A DNA stretch of 64,000 nucleotides. Source: Octopus sinensis. Taxonomy: Eukaryota. Made by a program: the position numbers and the translations under genes. How positions within the stretch are numbered: position 1 is the first letter of the stretch; each line of letters opens with the position of its first letter. The notes under the pieces were generated by a model. That model did no database searches and was not told the DNA's origin. It saw nothing but the letters and a program-made list of their open reading frames with translations. The stretch is from positions 26,846,001 through 26,910,000 of the forward strand of contig NC_043016.1 in the NCBI RefSeq assembly GCF_006345805.1, given 5' to 3'. Shown piece after piece: positions 51,826 through 64,000 of this stretch.

Positions 51826-54800
51826 GTGAGTAAAAAAAATTCGACAAGGCTTATTTGTTTATATATATTCCTATACCAAGCATGACCAAACTTTTCCGAG
51901 AAGCGGGTTGCATGAAACACACACACACAGCTCCTCATCGGGCGACCCATGTTGCTAAAAAATATTTTTTTAAAAACCCCCCAAAAACTAGAAAGAAAAT
52001 TCAAGGTAATTTTTCGTTGGTGTGCCGTTCAGAAAGTTCCACTAGCTGCAGTTTGTTTGCCTCTGATTGTTCTCTCAATACTGTCAGTTATTTAATACCC
52101 TTTAATGGTTTGGGTGTTTTTACTCGATATTGTTATCAGGCAAAAGCATGATTATCGGCATTATACTTTTTATTCGTTTACTAATTCATGAAAAAAAAAA
52201 GTTTTTGCTACAAATTTTCCTACCAGCTTCATACATTATCAAAATTAATGTTAAGTTTATAGCGAAATATTTCATTACCCCTCGAGAGATTGTTTTTATT
52301 CCAAGAAAAATTAAAATTAATTGTAGGTCATTCTAATTGCTGATTTTACCTTATTAAAATATCAGAATAAATTTGTGGTAATATCCGCAATGAAGAAAAA
52401 TACAAATAGATGCTAACAAACTGTAAATGATAACTTAAGCGAAGTTAATATTTTTAATTAAGTCTGTTTTATGAGTGTTTGTGGAGAGTGAAATAAGTGT
52501 TTCTCCTCAGTGAAACACTCTTTTATGTAACAGTAAAAATTTCGTTTATATACACCATGTTCAAACCATTTTAAATCGCAGTCGATTTTTTTTTAAATTC
52601 ATTCGTCCTATATATTTTTATTTATTTGAATTAATCTTATGACATAAGTATCTATTGTTTTGGCTCTAATTTTTTGTTTGTTGTTTTTTGTGACATTTCT
52701 GTAGTCCATATTTAATAATAAAATTTAAAAAACACTTGAAAATTGTCATGTGCTACTTTCATTTGATCAGTAGCATAACTAAAGTGTGTACCGCTTGAGT
52801 AAGCCCTTGAGTTTGCAGTTCTCAAGTCCCAAAACCTATTATAGGCTTGTACAGCAGATACAAAAGGTGCCGCCACTATAAAAGCGTCGCCCGAAGGTGA
52901 GTGCGCCCCCGTTCCCTCACATTTGGTATAGTCTAAAAATTTTTGACTGTCAAATCTATTATTTCAAAGTAAGGCAGTATTTTGATAAAAGTCCCAACAA
53001 GGACTGGAATCCTTCTTTGCCGATTTTAATACTATTGTATTAAAATCTGTGTAATGTAAATACTATTTCAGTATTCTCTGGAGTAGGGTAGGAGTGTCTA
53101 AAGAAATTAATTTGTGAAGTTCAAAACTCAAGTACCATCAACACCATAGTTCTAGAAGTGCTAACGTTTCATAGGTAGGGGCGGTACATAATGAGTAATT
53201 TCTGATTTCTTGTTATTTTCTCTTTACCTGCTTGAAACCATTACATCGTAAAGTGTTTGCATACTCATTTTGTACTGTTGCATCGCTTGTAGGTGTAAAA
53301 CTTGGTCAGCATAGTTGTTAAAGTTTAGAGAGTTTGAAACATGTGACAGGTACTTTTTTCTTTTCAAGTAATTTGACCCGATTATAATTGAAATTGCTGA
53401 TAAAATATCTGGATAATTTTTGGTGTTTCGTAGTCAATATTCTTTTTCCAACGGATTTCAAACTCAATTTTTTTTCCTCTCTTTAATGATTTTCAATTTT
53501 CAAAAAAAGAGTCAAAATGAGTAATGACTAATTTCATTGATTTCTTCTTCTTAACTGCGTATTACGTAAATATATCTGGAAAAAAATCCACTCCAGTATG
53601 TAAATAAGAAGTTATAAAGAATATTTTTAGTTTTTTAGATTTGGTCGAATTTCGTTAATTTTATATCATGTGCCATTTTCCCCTTACCTAAGGTATATAA
53701 AATTTTTGTTGCATGCCTGATCTTTCTGATGTCTAAGGATGGATATTGACATGCAAGTCTTTTTTTCAAATGTAATTTTGAAGAATTGGAGAGGCAAATT
53801 TATTTTACCTTGTCTTAGTCATTTTGCCATAGCTAAATTTTTCATTTGTAGGCTCAAACAGAACGTTTGAGCCGATAAATGTTTCAGATAAGTTTCTGAA
53901 ATAGTGTTCTGAATATGTAATAGTGTTTTTAATGCATTTAGAGGAGATCATTTACTTAGCTAGTATAGTTTTTATAAGGTGGTGAATATTTGTAATTTTT
54001 TTTTCTCTCACAGTTAAATGCAATAAATCTTACTCATTCTGTTACACACACACACCAGTTATACCAGTCAGTGAAGGATCTCCACTTTCACTTTAGAGGT
54101 CTTTCCCTTTATTTTGACATCTCAGGGTGTGGAGATACGGTCGTAAATATTTCACCTGACTGTACGTTAATGTAGCCGTTTGGATGAACGGTCATAGCAT
54201 AAAGACGGATGAAAAACTGACTGAGCCAATAGAAAGAGAGAAGAATGTAAACGTTGTCCATTATCATGGAAACACGTGGTCCAAAATGTATCCGTATTAT
54301 TTAAGAGTAAGGCAGGGCAAAAGTTTTTTTTTTTTTTCGAACGTCATTTCATATTTTCCGGGTCATTATGATAATTACAGGAACTTCAACGGTTTAGTAT
54401 TCAGATTACCCTGAAATGTTATGCTTATTTATTCATAGTGATGAATTAATCATCCATTATCTTGTAGCTTTGAGGATTCGATGATGTGATTGTTTATTTT
54501 TAGAATGATATTGTAAGGTAGGCGTGAGAGACCGGATCTGGTCAATATGAATATAAAACAGGTTAGAATATTTAGGCTTGATATGGACGGTTTAAATGCT
54601 AAAGGGTTAAACTTATTTTTCACAATACGTCTTAGTTTGTATATTTCGTAATCGGACATAATTTTGGTGTTTAAACCCTAAATCAGTCGTGATCCAGGAG
54701 ATCTATGTTCACATGCATTCCAGCTGCGATTATCTCTTCTTTTCTTATTTTCTTATATCAGGGCTACATTACGCAATTATGTTTTAAGACCGCGTGATTT

Positions 54801-57800
54801 GAAAGAGATGTAACTATTATTTCTAGCATTCCGAGCCGGTGTATAAAGGCTTTCTCACTAACTCATTCTTAATGTGTAGATCCTGTTTGCAATAAAACTC
54901 AAGGGTGTTGCACACCTTTAAATAACATTACTTCTGAAGAAGATTTTTTTAGTGACGTAATGCTAATGTTTCCTTGAGTGAAATTAGGTGTGAAGCTTTC
55001 TAATTTGTATCACTAATCAAATAAAATGTGACATCATCATCATCATGTCATCCTTTAACGTCCGTTTTTCCGTACTAGCATGAGTTGGACGCCGGCAAGC
55101 CAGAGAGCTGCACCAGGTTCCAGTCTGATTTGGTGCAGTTTCTACGGCTGGATGCCCTTCCTAACGCCAACCACTTTACTGGGTGCTTTTTAACGTGACA
55201 TTGGCACAGGGCCCTTGCAGGCCATATCCTCTTCATCAGGAGGAGTGGCCTTAACACTTCTGCTGTGATCAGGGGCCATATTGGCCCCAGTTGAGAGCCA
55301 CTGCTCTAGTCATACTCTCTTATACTATCTTGTACCTTGAAAGTTTTCTTTGGCACCTTGTTACTACCTTCTTTATCTTTCCTGCTACTCCCACCAATGC
55401 TTATATAGTTTAAAATTTTGGCCCAAGTCCAGCAAATTTAGAAAGAGGAAGTAAGTTGATTAGCTTGTCCTCAGTGTTTAACTGGTAGTTATTTAATCAC
55501 AAAAGGGTGAAAGGCAATGTCAACCTTGGTGGAATTTGAACTCAGAATGTAATTAACTGGAAGAAATATTGCAAGATATTTTGTCCAATGCTCTAAGAGT
55601 AGCCAAGTATCTCCTACAGCAAGCCACGTGCTAGTCCCTCTTTCATACTTTAGCCTCTCAACACTTGGCATAAAGCTACCTCCCCTCTCTCTCAAATACA
55701 CCATCACTCAGTCAAGGGATGTTGTTTTTCCTTTTCTTTTCTTGTTTTGCAAGTTATTGGCAGTCTCACTAGTGCCAGTGGTATAAATAAAAAAAAGCAC
55801 TTAGTGCACAATGTAGAGTAGTTGGTATTAGAAAGGGCATCCATCCATCCATAGAAACCAGACCAGGGCTGACAGAGCTTCACAGTCCTTGTGGCTTGTT
55901 GCTTTCTGTCAAACCATTCAAGTTATGCCAGTATGGAAAACAGATGTTAAATTATATGTGTATACTATGGTTTAGTAGGAAGAGGGAAGGCAACAAACTT
56001 AACAATTCTTAAGCCTTTGAAGCTGGTAGAAGGAAGTTATCTTTAGATCAGAGAATAGGTCTGATTGCTTACAACAGAGTAGACTTCACTAAAGACCCTC
56101 AAAAAAACCAGGTAATGGTTTCACTCTAGCACTCAAATTTAAGAACAAGGCTGGGAAATTCAATAGGGTGTAAGCAGCATAAAGTTATTTGGCTTTCAGC
56201 TAGGAATTGCAACCAGCACATAGGCACTGCTCACCAGTACTTTAATAAGCTTAGATTAAATTGTATAAGAAATAATGAGCTTATTTTTTTTTTTATTCAT
56301 CTGTATTTTAGTCTTGTCGGTTGGTTGGGTATCTTGTCTCTTAGTTTATAGTTTCACATGAATGAAAAGACTAAAGTCAGTAACAGAGAAAGTACTTTAT
56401 TTAATCCTGTTTTAAAGTTAGAGGTACTGCTAAGAAACAGATATAACTATGTACCCAATGATTTAGTTCTTAACAGTTAATAATCATACAAACTATTGAC
56501 CTTGCTTTTAAGAGTGAAGTGATTTTTAATGTTTACATTACAAGGCACAAGTGTAACTTTTTGGTTGGGATGTTTGAAACCACATGGTTTCAGGTTTAGT
56601 CCTATTTGCGTAAATGTCTTCTACTGCAGCCTGTGGAAAACCAAAGCTTTGTAAATGGATTTTTTTTTCCCCCTTTAGTATTTAACCGTTTCATTACTAT
56701 AGTTCTGTTGAAATACACTGCCTTTACCATGTTTGTCATTAGACTGGCCATTCTAGGGCACTGCCTTGAAGGGTTTAATAGAATGAATCAACCCCAGTAC
56801 TTAGGGTACTTATTCTAGCAATCTCTTCTGCCAGACTGCTTGCTAAGTTTGTGGTGGATAGACCAACCAACACCAGTTATGAAGCACTGGGGGGAGGTAC
56901 ATAGACACACGCTCACACGCATGCAGTTTCTATCTACCAAATTCACTCACAAGCATGGTCAGCCCAAGGCTAAAGTACAAGGGATCTTGCCCAAGGTGCT
57001 GCACAGTGGGACTGAACCCAAAACCCTGTGTTTGCGAATTAGGTTTTAAAATTACCACACATCCATATATGCACCTTAGTTTGAATTGATTTTGAAAATT
57101 ATGAAGAATTTATTAATACAGCTTTGTCATTATTAATCTAATGTTTGGAACACAAATTAACATGAGATTTTAATGACAGTTGTTTATTTACTTAAAAGCA
57201 ATAAATTAATTGCAGAGAATCTGGGGTGGTTTCAGACAAGTTCATTTCCCTAAAGTTGGGGATTACAGTGTGGAAAACTGAAGACATTTCCCAACCACAT
57301 GGTTCCAGGTTCAGACCCACTGCATGACACCTTGGGCAAGTGTCTTCTACTATAGCCTTGGGCCAACCAAAGCATTGTGAGTGGATTTGGTAGACGGAAA
57401 CTGAAAGAAGCCCGTGTGTCTACTTGTTCCTTCAACATCGCTTGACAACCGATGCTGGTGTGTTTACATCCCCATAACCTAGCTGTTCGGCCAAAGAGAC
57501 CAATAGAATAAGTCCTGGGGTCGATTTGCTTGACTAAAAATGGTACTCCAGCATAGCCACAGTCAATTAACTGAAACAAGTAAAAGAATAAAAGAACATA
57601 TTTTCAGTCTTGTTGTTTAGTAGATAATTCCATAGATTTGTGTTTGTCACAGATAGACATCAGCTCAAGAAATTAGAACACTTTTTTTTTTCTTTCTTTC
57701 ATTCGACCCTGTTGGTTAGAGAAAATTTATTATAACTTGCTTAGTTACACAATTATTAGTGGCATGAGCTATTTAACTTCTGACCAGTTTTTCTATTCTG

Positions 57801-60800
57801 TGTGCAGCTTGAATAGATCTGCAGAACTGGTTCTTTTACATCTCTCTCAGTCAGTCAGTGAATATATATATATATTAACAATAGAGCTTCATCTGTTTAC
57901 TCTTACTAATTGTATTATATTTCTACTTTGTGTTTTATTTATTCATCAATATTTTCACTGTCATTCAGTTCACTGAAACCCTACCCTTACTGCTTCTTGA
58001 ATACCAGCCTCTTAAATGTACTAGTGGGTAAGTCATAGGAATTTGGTGATGGTGTTGTAGTGTACAGCTGTTTTCCTTAATCTTTGACTCACAAGTACTT
58101 TTGAGGTCACCTGTGTTGTCTTAAACAACTTATAATGTAATAATATCGTTAGTAGATTATTTTTGTCTGCCGCATTCAGGTTGTGCCTTATCTGTTATGT
58201 CCACTCCCTTGCTTGGGAATCAGTCATTATTATCATACTTTCAGAAGAAAACTGAATGCTGTATTCATCCGTAACTAAATATGTATGGTAACTAATTTAT
58301 ATTCATCGTTGTTCCTGTTGTCACATATAGTAGAATTGTTTTATATTTGTTCACTTTAGATGGAATAAATGTATCTTGTTACTCTGCTTACTGTCATCTT
58401 GTTTCTTCTCGAAAAGTTTGACATTTCTGTCATGTCTCTCCTCAAAGCTGTAGTATTTGTTTAGCAATAATACTATAGCAACCAGTTGAAATGGCTTTGT
58501 GTCTATAGAATTTGTAAAAGTATAAATGGTAATGTTGATAATATTATAAACAAGCTTTTGAGATAAATTGTAATCAAGGGAATAGAAAATAAAATAATGC
58601 CTTAGATGAGATTGAGAAACTGGAAAGTAATCAACAATAGATTGAGTAATATCAATAAAATATACTGTTTAAGAAGGTAAATTTTATCAATAGCTGAACT
58701 CACTCAGCAGCAGAATGAAGTGTCAGCCCTTAGTGAATGAAACAAGTCAGTACTTGTATAACATTTGGAATAAGGAGTTTTTTAAAGACAAAATGGATAC
58801 AAACTAAATACAATTGTCAAAGGTAGAATTGGAAGTATAATTTCATTACTGTAATAAAGTACCAAACTAGAAAGCCTTTAGTCTAGGATTTCCTTGTCTA
58901 CTTCACAATTATATATATTCGCTTGACTAGACAACTTTATCAGTGTGTAACAGTTAGGTCTACCACCATGGATGGTAGAAGGGATAATTGTCCTTGTGTA
59001 GAAATGCATGTGAAGTGAGAAATTGCAAATGTAAGACATGGTTACTATTGATATACAAACTGTTGATGCATCCCTTAATGAAACTGGAGCACCTTCTGCT
59101 AAAGATCACATGGTATTTCAGTAACACCGACTTTAAAAAATCTTTGTTTGTCCCTCACTTCCACACCTTATTTTCATTTATTGTGCAAATATTTCACATA
59201 AGTAATGAAATGTATTTAATTAGCCATAGTTGAAGTCTTTGTAAGCTAAGTTGATATAGAGTGATTTAAAAAAAGACTCATTTGAAGGTTGTTGCAACCC
59301 ATAAAACCAACAGAGAAGACTTAAAGAAAAGAAAAAGAAATAAAAGCAAAAGTGAATGAACTTGACAAAAAATGAATTATGACAGTTGACAAACAGGAGA
59401 CAATGTGGAAATGAAAAATGAACTAATGAGGGATAGTGAAACCTTTATCATAGCCATACAAGAACAAACACATGATAAGAGCAAACTTTAAAAGCATAAA
59501 TAGACCAGCTCGGTAATGAAGTAGACAAAACTGTCAGTGACATACTCTGTTAATGTAGGGAAGTGGCACAAAAAAAATACAAAGTAAAATGACATGGTAG
59601 AGAAAGAGATATACTAGGAGGTTTGGGGGAAATTTAGATGAAAATTGGAGACATTATTGGAGACCAGGATTTATTGGAAATGTTCTATTGTAAGATCTTG
59701 CATGTCATGGTTATGAACTGACAGTTTAATACTGGAGCAGAGACCTGATATGATCGATCATATGACAGGAAAAATGCTGAAGTGTATTATATTACTCCTG
59801 TAGTAGCAGGATTGTCTTAACAGCAATATAGGCCTCTGGGCAAAGCAATTTACAGGAGCGGCTACATTTATTTAACAAATCACTGTATACTTAGATTAGC
59901 ATCAATCACCTTGACCTTATGGAGCCCTCAGGTAACTATCCACTGTGTATGGACAAATAAATTGTTATATATATATTGCTATATCGTGTTTCAGTTGTAG
60001 GCACAAAATCAGCAATTTTGAAGGCGGTTAAGTCATTTACATCAACTCAATGCTCAACTGGTACTCATTTTAATCAATTCTGAGAGCATGAAAGGCAATC
60101 AACCTCAACAGAACTTAATGAGTCAGAAGAAATGCTGCTAAGCATTTTGTCTGGCATGCTAACAACTCTACCAGTTCACCACCTTTATCTTGCTATATAA
60201 TTGCACCAGGCCAACAATTTTGGAGAAAAGGGATAAATTAATTACAACCACAGTACTCCACTGGTATTTATCTTATTGACCCCAAAAGGATGAAAGGCAA
60301 AGTTGACCTCAGTGGAGTTTGAACTCAGGGTGTAAAAACAGACCAAATGCCACTAAGCATATATCCCAGCATGCTGAAGATTCTGCCATATTGTTGCTTT
60401 GCTATATCATATAATGCCAATGGAAATAGTTCCACACTGTCTGAACTAGGTCAAGGAATTAAGAAAATTGTGTGGCATGTCTGTGATAGTTATGTTTTAC
60501 ATAACTCAAAAAAACTTTGTTCAAGTGACTGAGAAATATTAGAACTAGACTTTGATAGAAGAGATATAGAATACTGCCATTCTGTATTCTGTAAGGACAC
60601 TTTGCAAAATCTATGAGAAAATTTATTAAATGAATTAAATTGCTGATGTGACCAACATTAAGAGAAGGATTGTTATAGGTCTCTTTTGTGCAGTGGAGGT
60701 ATAAATATATATATATATATATATGGCTGACAACTGTTTCAATTTAATGAGTCAACAATAAATGGTTAGCTGACACTGATATTTCTGTAAAACATTACAA

Positions 60801-61779
60801 CATTGAACTGATTTCAGATTGATGAATAGCTTGAGTGCTTTGCGAAGAATGAGACCTAGCGTTCATTGATCCAGAAGATATTTAACAGTTTCGTGTCTGT
60901 CATCACTGAAGAAATTACTGATAGGTGAAAAGCTTATGGGGATCCATACATATGAGGATCTATACAGATCATGTGCAGAAGCAGTTAGTAATAAGTTCAG
61001 TGGAAGAAAACTTTGAATTGAAACTCTTCAAAGAAAATAGGATTCTGCTATGTGCGAAAAATGGTAATGCTTAAAAGAATCAGAAAAACTAAGTAGAAAT
61101 TTCATATTTTACCCAGTGTAAATTATAAATGCACAGGTAGTTATGAAATTGCAGTTACACTAGTAGAAATGATAGACTTCACAAGATTAGTTTGCAATAC
61201 ATGTGAAATATATTCTTTTAGTAAGTTCACTAAAAGTAGTTGATAGCTTTTACTTAGGTGATTTTAATTAGCATTGAAGGTGGGTGCACTAAAAGCATAG
61301 TAGCCAGGGATAAAAAGAAATTTTGCGAGTTATTACCTTTACTGATAAAAGGAATTTTTCTCTCTGAGTAATAAAAACTAGCAAGCTGTGTGGTGTATAT
61401 GTACAAAGTAGCATGTTGTTGGTCTTAAATGCAGAAAATTTGCAATAGCTAGAAGGAAATGGAAGCATGATTCCCAGGATGTGTGTTAATTGATATGAAT
61501 GACAGTATAAGTGAGTAGGGGGGGAAAGTTGTGCATAGAGATCAAATGGAGTGTGCTAGAGAAAGAAGATTGTATTAGTATGGACAGAGATGTATATATA
61601 TGGAGTATATATATATAGATGTATATATATGGAGTTTCATTAAGAAGTACTGAGCACGTGAAGTGGTTGAATTTGTGGAAGAGGAACCTCTTGAAAATGA
61701 CATTGAGCAAAGTAGTGAAGGATGTTCCCAAGAAAGCTGACCCTCACAAAGGGGATGGCAAAGAACTGTCGTAGTTGAC

Positions 61780-62350
61780 AACACACCAGTGCTGGAGAAA
61801 CCTGCACACATGGCTAAAATGGTAGTGACAGGTGGGGGTGCTTACTGTATCTACATTGGGTCTTGTTTTGTTGTACTAATTAGTCACTCTTTATTACCTT
61901 TACCATTCACCCTCCCTCCTATGCACCTGCGTAATGACAAGCCATTTCATCTGTCCATATTTAATTCTCTTCCATAATCTCTTTTATCATGCTATTTCTT
62001 TTTCACCATCATACATCTGTCACTCTACTGCTTCTATACTCTGAAGCATGCATAAAAAGAAATGGTTCCAGCTTTTGCCATATTTGGTACCACTTACCAT
62101 CAATGCTAGCCTTCATTGACTCTCCTCTATGTGACTTCTCATTGTCATCTGCCACTCTCCGTTGCTATCCACCACCCACTCCTTATTACCATCACTCATT
62201 TCTATTACTATGCCATCATGTTTTCTGTTCAATTTCCAGATCACCGACAAACATGTAGCTGTTATTGTGTCTTTTTCATTATTCCGTCCTCTATCATTCC
62301 TTCAGCTATACTCTCCACTTCCACCCTCTCAGTCACATTTACCTTGAAGG
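61780..62350 (+). mobile_element. Possible Penelope-like 3' remnant
   Basis: GAYCIYIGS resembles the YIG half of a GIY-YIG motif and is followed by a pyrimidine-rich tract. Similar composition at 38330-38900. Confidence 0.3.
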
Positions 62351-63099
62351 AATAGAGAGGGTGGAATTTGAGGTGAGATTGTTTACAACCCCCTCCTTTT
62401 ACCAACTGTCACCTATTTTCGAGTAAGGGAGTATTTCCTCATGACCAGACCAATCTCAGATTGGAAATGAGGACACTGCTTGTATAACGGTGACACTCGT
62501 TTACAACCATCACAGGAGATAGTAATACAAACATAGAACACAAGCGCATACCCCCCCCACACACACACACACACACAGACAGGCTTGTTCCACATTTCCA
62601 TCTATAAAATTCACACACAAGATTTTGGTCAGCTCAGAGCTATAATAAAGACACTTGCCCAAGTTGTCATGCAGTGAGACTGAACTTACAACTGTAGTTT
62701 AGGAGCAAACTTCTTACCAAACAACTATATCTGCTTACATATCTGAAATGGTATGTCTATCAGAAAAATAAAGACAAGCTAACTTTTAAGCAGTTCGTTA
62801 ACCGCAAAGTTTATTTCTGTTGAATTGTATACTTCCGTGTATCTAAACATCTCAAAACACAACAGTATTTTGTAGAATCATTCTGTATTATTTTTATTAT
62901 TAATGTTTGGTTGCAGAAAAATAAAGACAAGCTAACTTTTAACCACAAAGTTTATTTCTGTTGAATTGTATTCTTTACTGTAACTAATGCCGCAATCTTC
63001 CAAAATTATTAATTTCCACTTATGCATAAAACTACATTTTTTTTTTTTTTTTTCCTATTAAAGATGCCAGTGTGTTTTGTTATTTCTTATAAAACAGTT

Positions 63100-63293
63100 C
63101 AGCAGCCAGTATTTCATCGACCGCTGGGTTCTGAGTTCAAATTCCATCGAGGTCGATTTTCCCTTTCATCTTTTCGGGGTCGATAAATTAAGTACCAATT
63201 ACACACTGGGGTCGATGTAATCGACTTAATTCCTTTGTCTGTCCTTGTTTGTCCCCTCTATGTTTAGCCCCTTGTGGGCAATAAAGAAATAAG
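63100..63293 (+). mobile_element. Meta-like SINE, well preserved copy
   Basis: ttctgagttcaaattcc...ttcggggtcgataaattaagtacc...gggcaataaagaaataag with CpGs intact. Confidence 0.8.
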
Positions 63294-64000
63294 GTAGGGT
63301 GGTGTTTTCAATGGCTCCACTTAACTCTTCCTGCTTACAATATACACAGATGACAGCATCCTCTCACACTCTTCCACCATCTTCCAAACACATCTGCAAA
63401 ACTAATCTAACTCTTCATCAATTTGCTGAGGAACATGTTTACAAATAAACATTTAAAGTAGCACTTGCCAATGCTACCATGTCTCGTTTTAATAACACCG
63501 GAGAACATAAACGAACATCAGTCAACAACATAAACACACACACACACACACTCTCACATCTACACTCACACGCACACACAAACACATGCATTCACAAGCA
63601 CACACACATACAAAGGATCACTTATAAAATTCCCAGTACTTACAGAAGATCTATTATATCAATGCAAAACAGTGTATAAATACAAGCATATACTGTATTT
63701 GGCCAACAGAAACCAACAGAGGTGTACAAAATTATGTATTAGCTGCATCATAGATTATGCCAAGTCCTGCTGGACTACCCTCACCCTCCAATCTCTACTA
63801 TGTAAAACTGTAAAGTACACAAAACTACATTTTCAAAATCTTAAGCCCATCTACACAACAAAAACACTAAAAAATGAAAGACCACCTAGACATGTGATGA
63901 TAGTAGAGGAGCAGTTTGTTTTAACACTGCTAGAAATAACAACCAAATCTTCCTCAAACAATGCCTTAGATAAGGGAGGACACACTGAATAATGAAGTTC

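Noticed and set aside
52846-52897. Possible 52-bp phase-0 exon (ACTADTKGAATIKASPE) before a GTGAGT donor
   Set aside because: Weak acceptor, repeat-like context and no recognisable homology.
53851-53873. 9-bp hairpin ggctcaaac-agaac-gtttgagcc
   Set aside because: Short enough to arise by chance, and no CTRR Helitron end follows on either strand.
54184-54306. ORF MNGHSIK...YLR followed by GTAAGG
   Set aside because: There is no in-frame acceptor linking it to the 51700 exon and the peptide is not recognisable.
1-64000. tRNA/rRNA genes, CRISPR arrays, prokaryotic or viral cassettes
   Set aside because: None seen. The tRNA-like segments are SINE heads, and there are no regularly spaced repeat-spacer arrays or compact operons.

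Overview
AT-rich, repeat-dense animal genomic DNA. The SINE, LINE and DNA-transposon repertoire points to a coleoid cephalopod, probably Octopus (inference). I found one well-supported host gene: a ZDHHC5/8-family palmitoyltransferase on the minus strand. Its coding exon 1 is at 49575-49666 and exon 2 at 17100-17221, separated by a 32.35 kb intron; the DHHC exon was not found and probably lies left of the window. A CpG-retaining zone at about 45-55 kb with an ETS motif looks like a bidirectional promoter. It appears to drive a second, unidentified plus-strand gene with a candidate first coding exon MGNSNQK... at 51700-51825. The rest is intronic and filled with tRNA-derived SINEs, decayed RTE/CR1/Penelope-like retroelements, Tc1/mariner remnants, MITEs, a Helitron and microsatellites. 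Three observations stand out: (1) a near-canonical type I hammerhead ribozyme at 1769-1855, sense to the ZDHHC pre-mRNA; (2) a young RTE LINE with a twin-priming-type 5' inversion, inserted in a (TA)n tract, at 2031-3350; (3) an intronic pri-miRNA-like hairpin at 31167-31247. Family names for repeats come from recalled motifs, not database searches, and repeat boundaries are approximate unless TIRs/TSDs are cited. I found no evidence for a wholly new multi-gene system.
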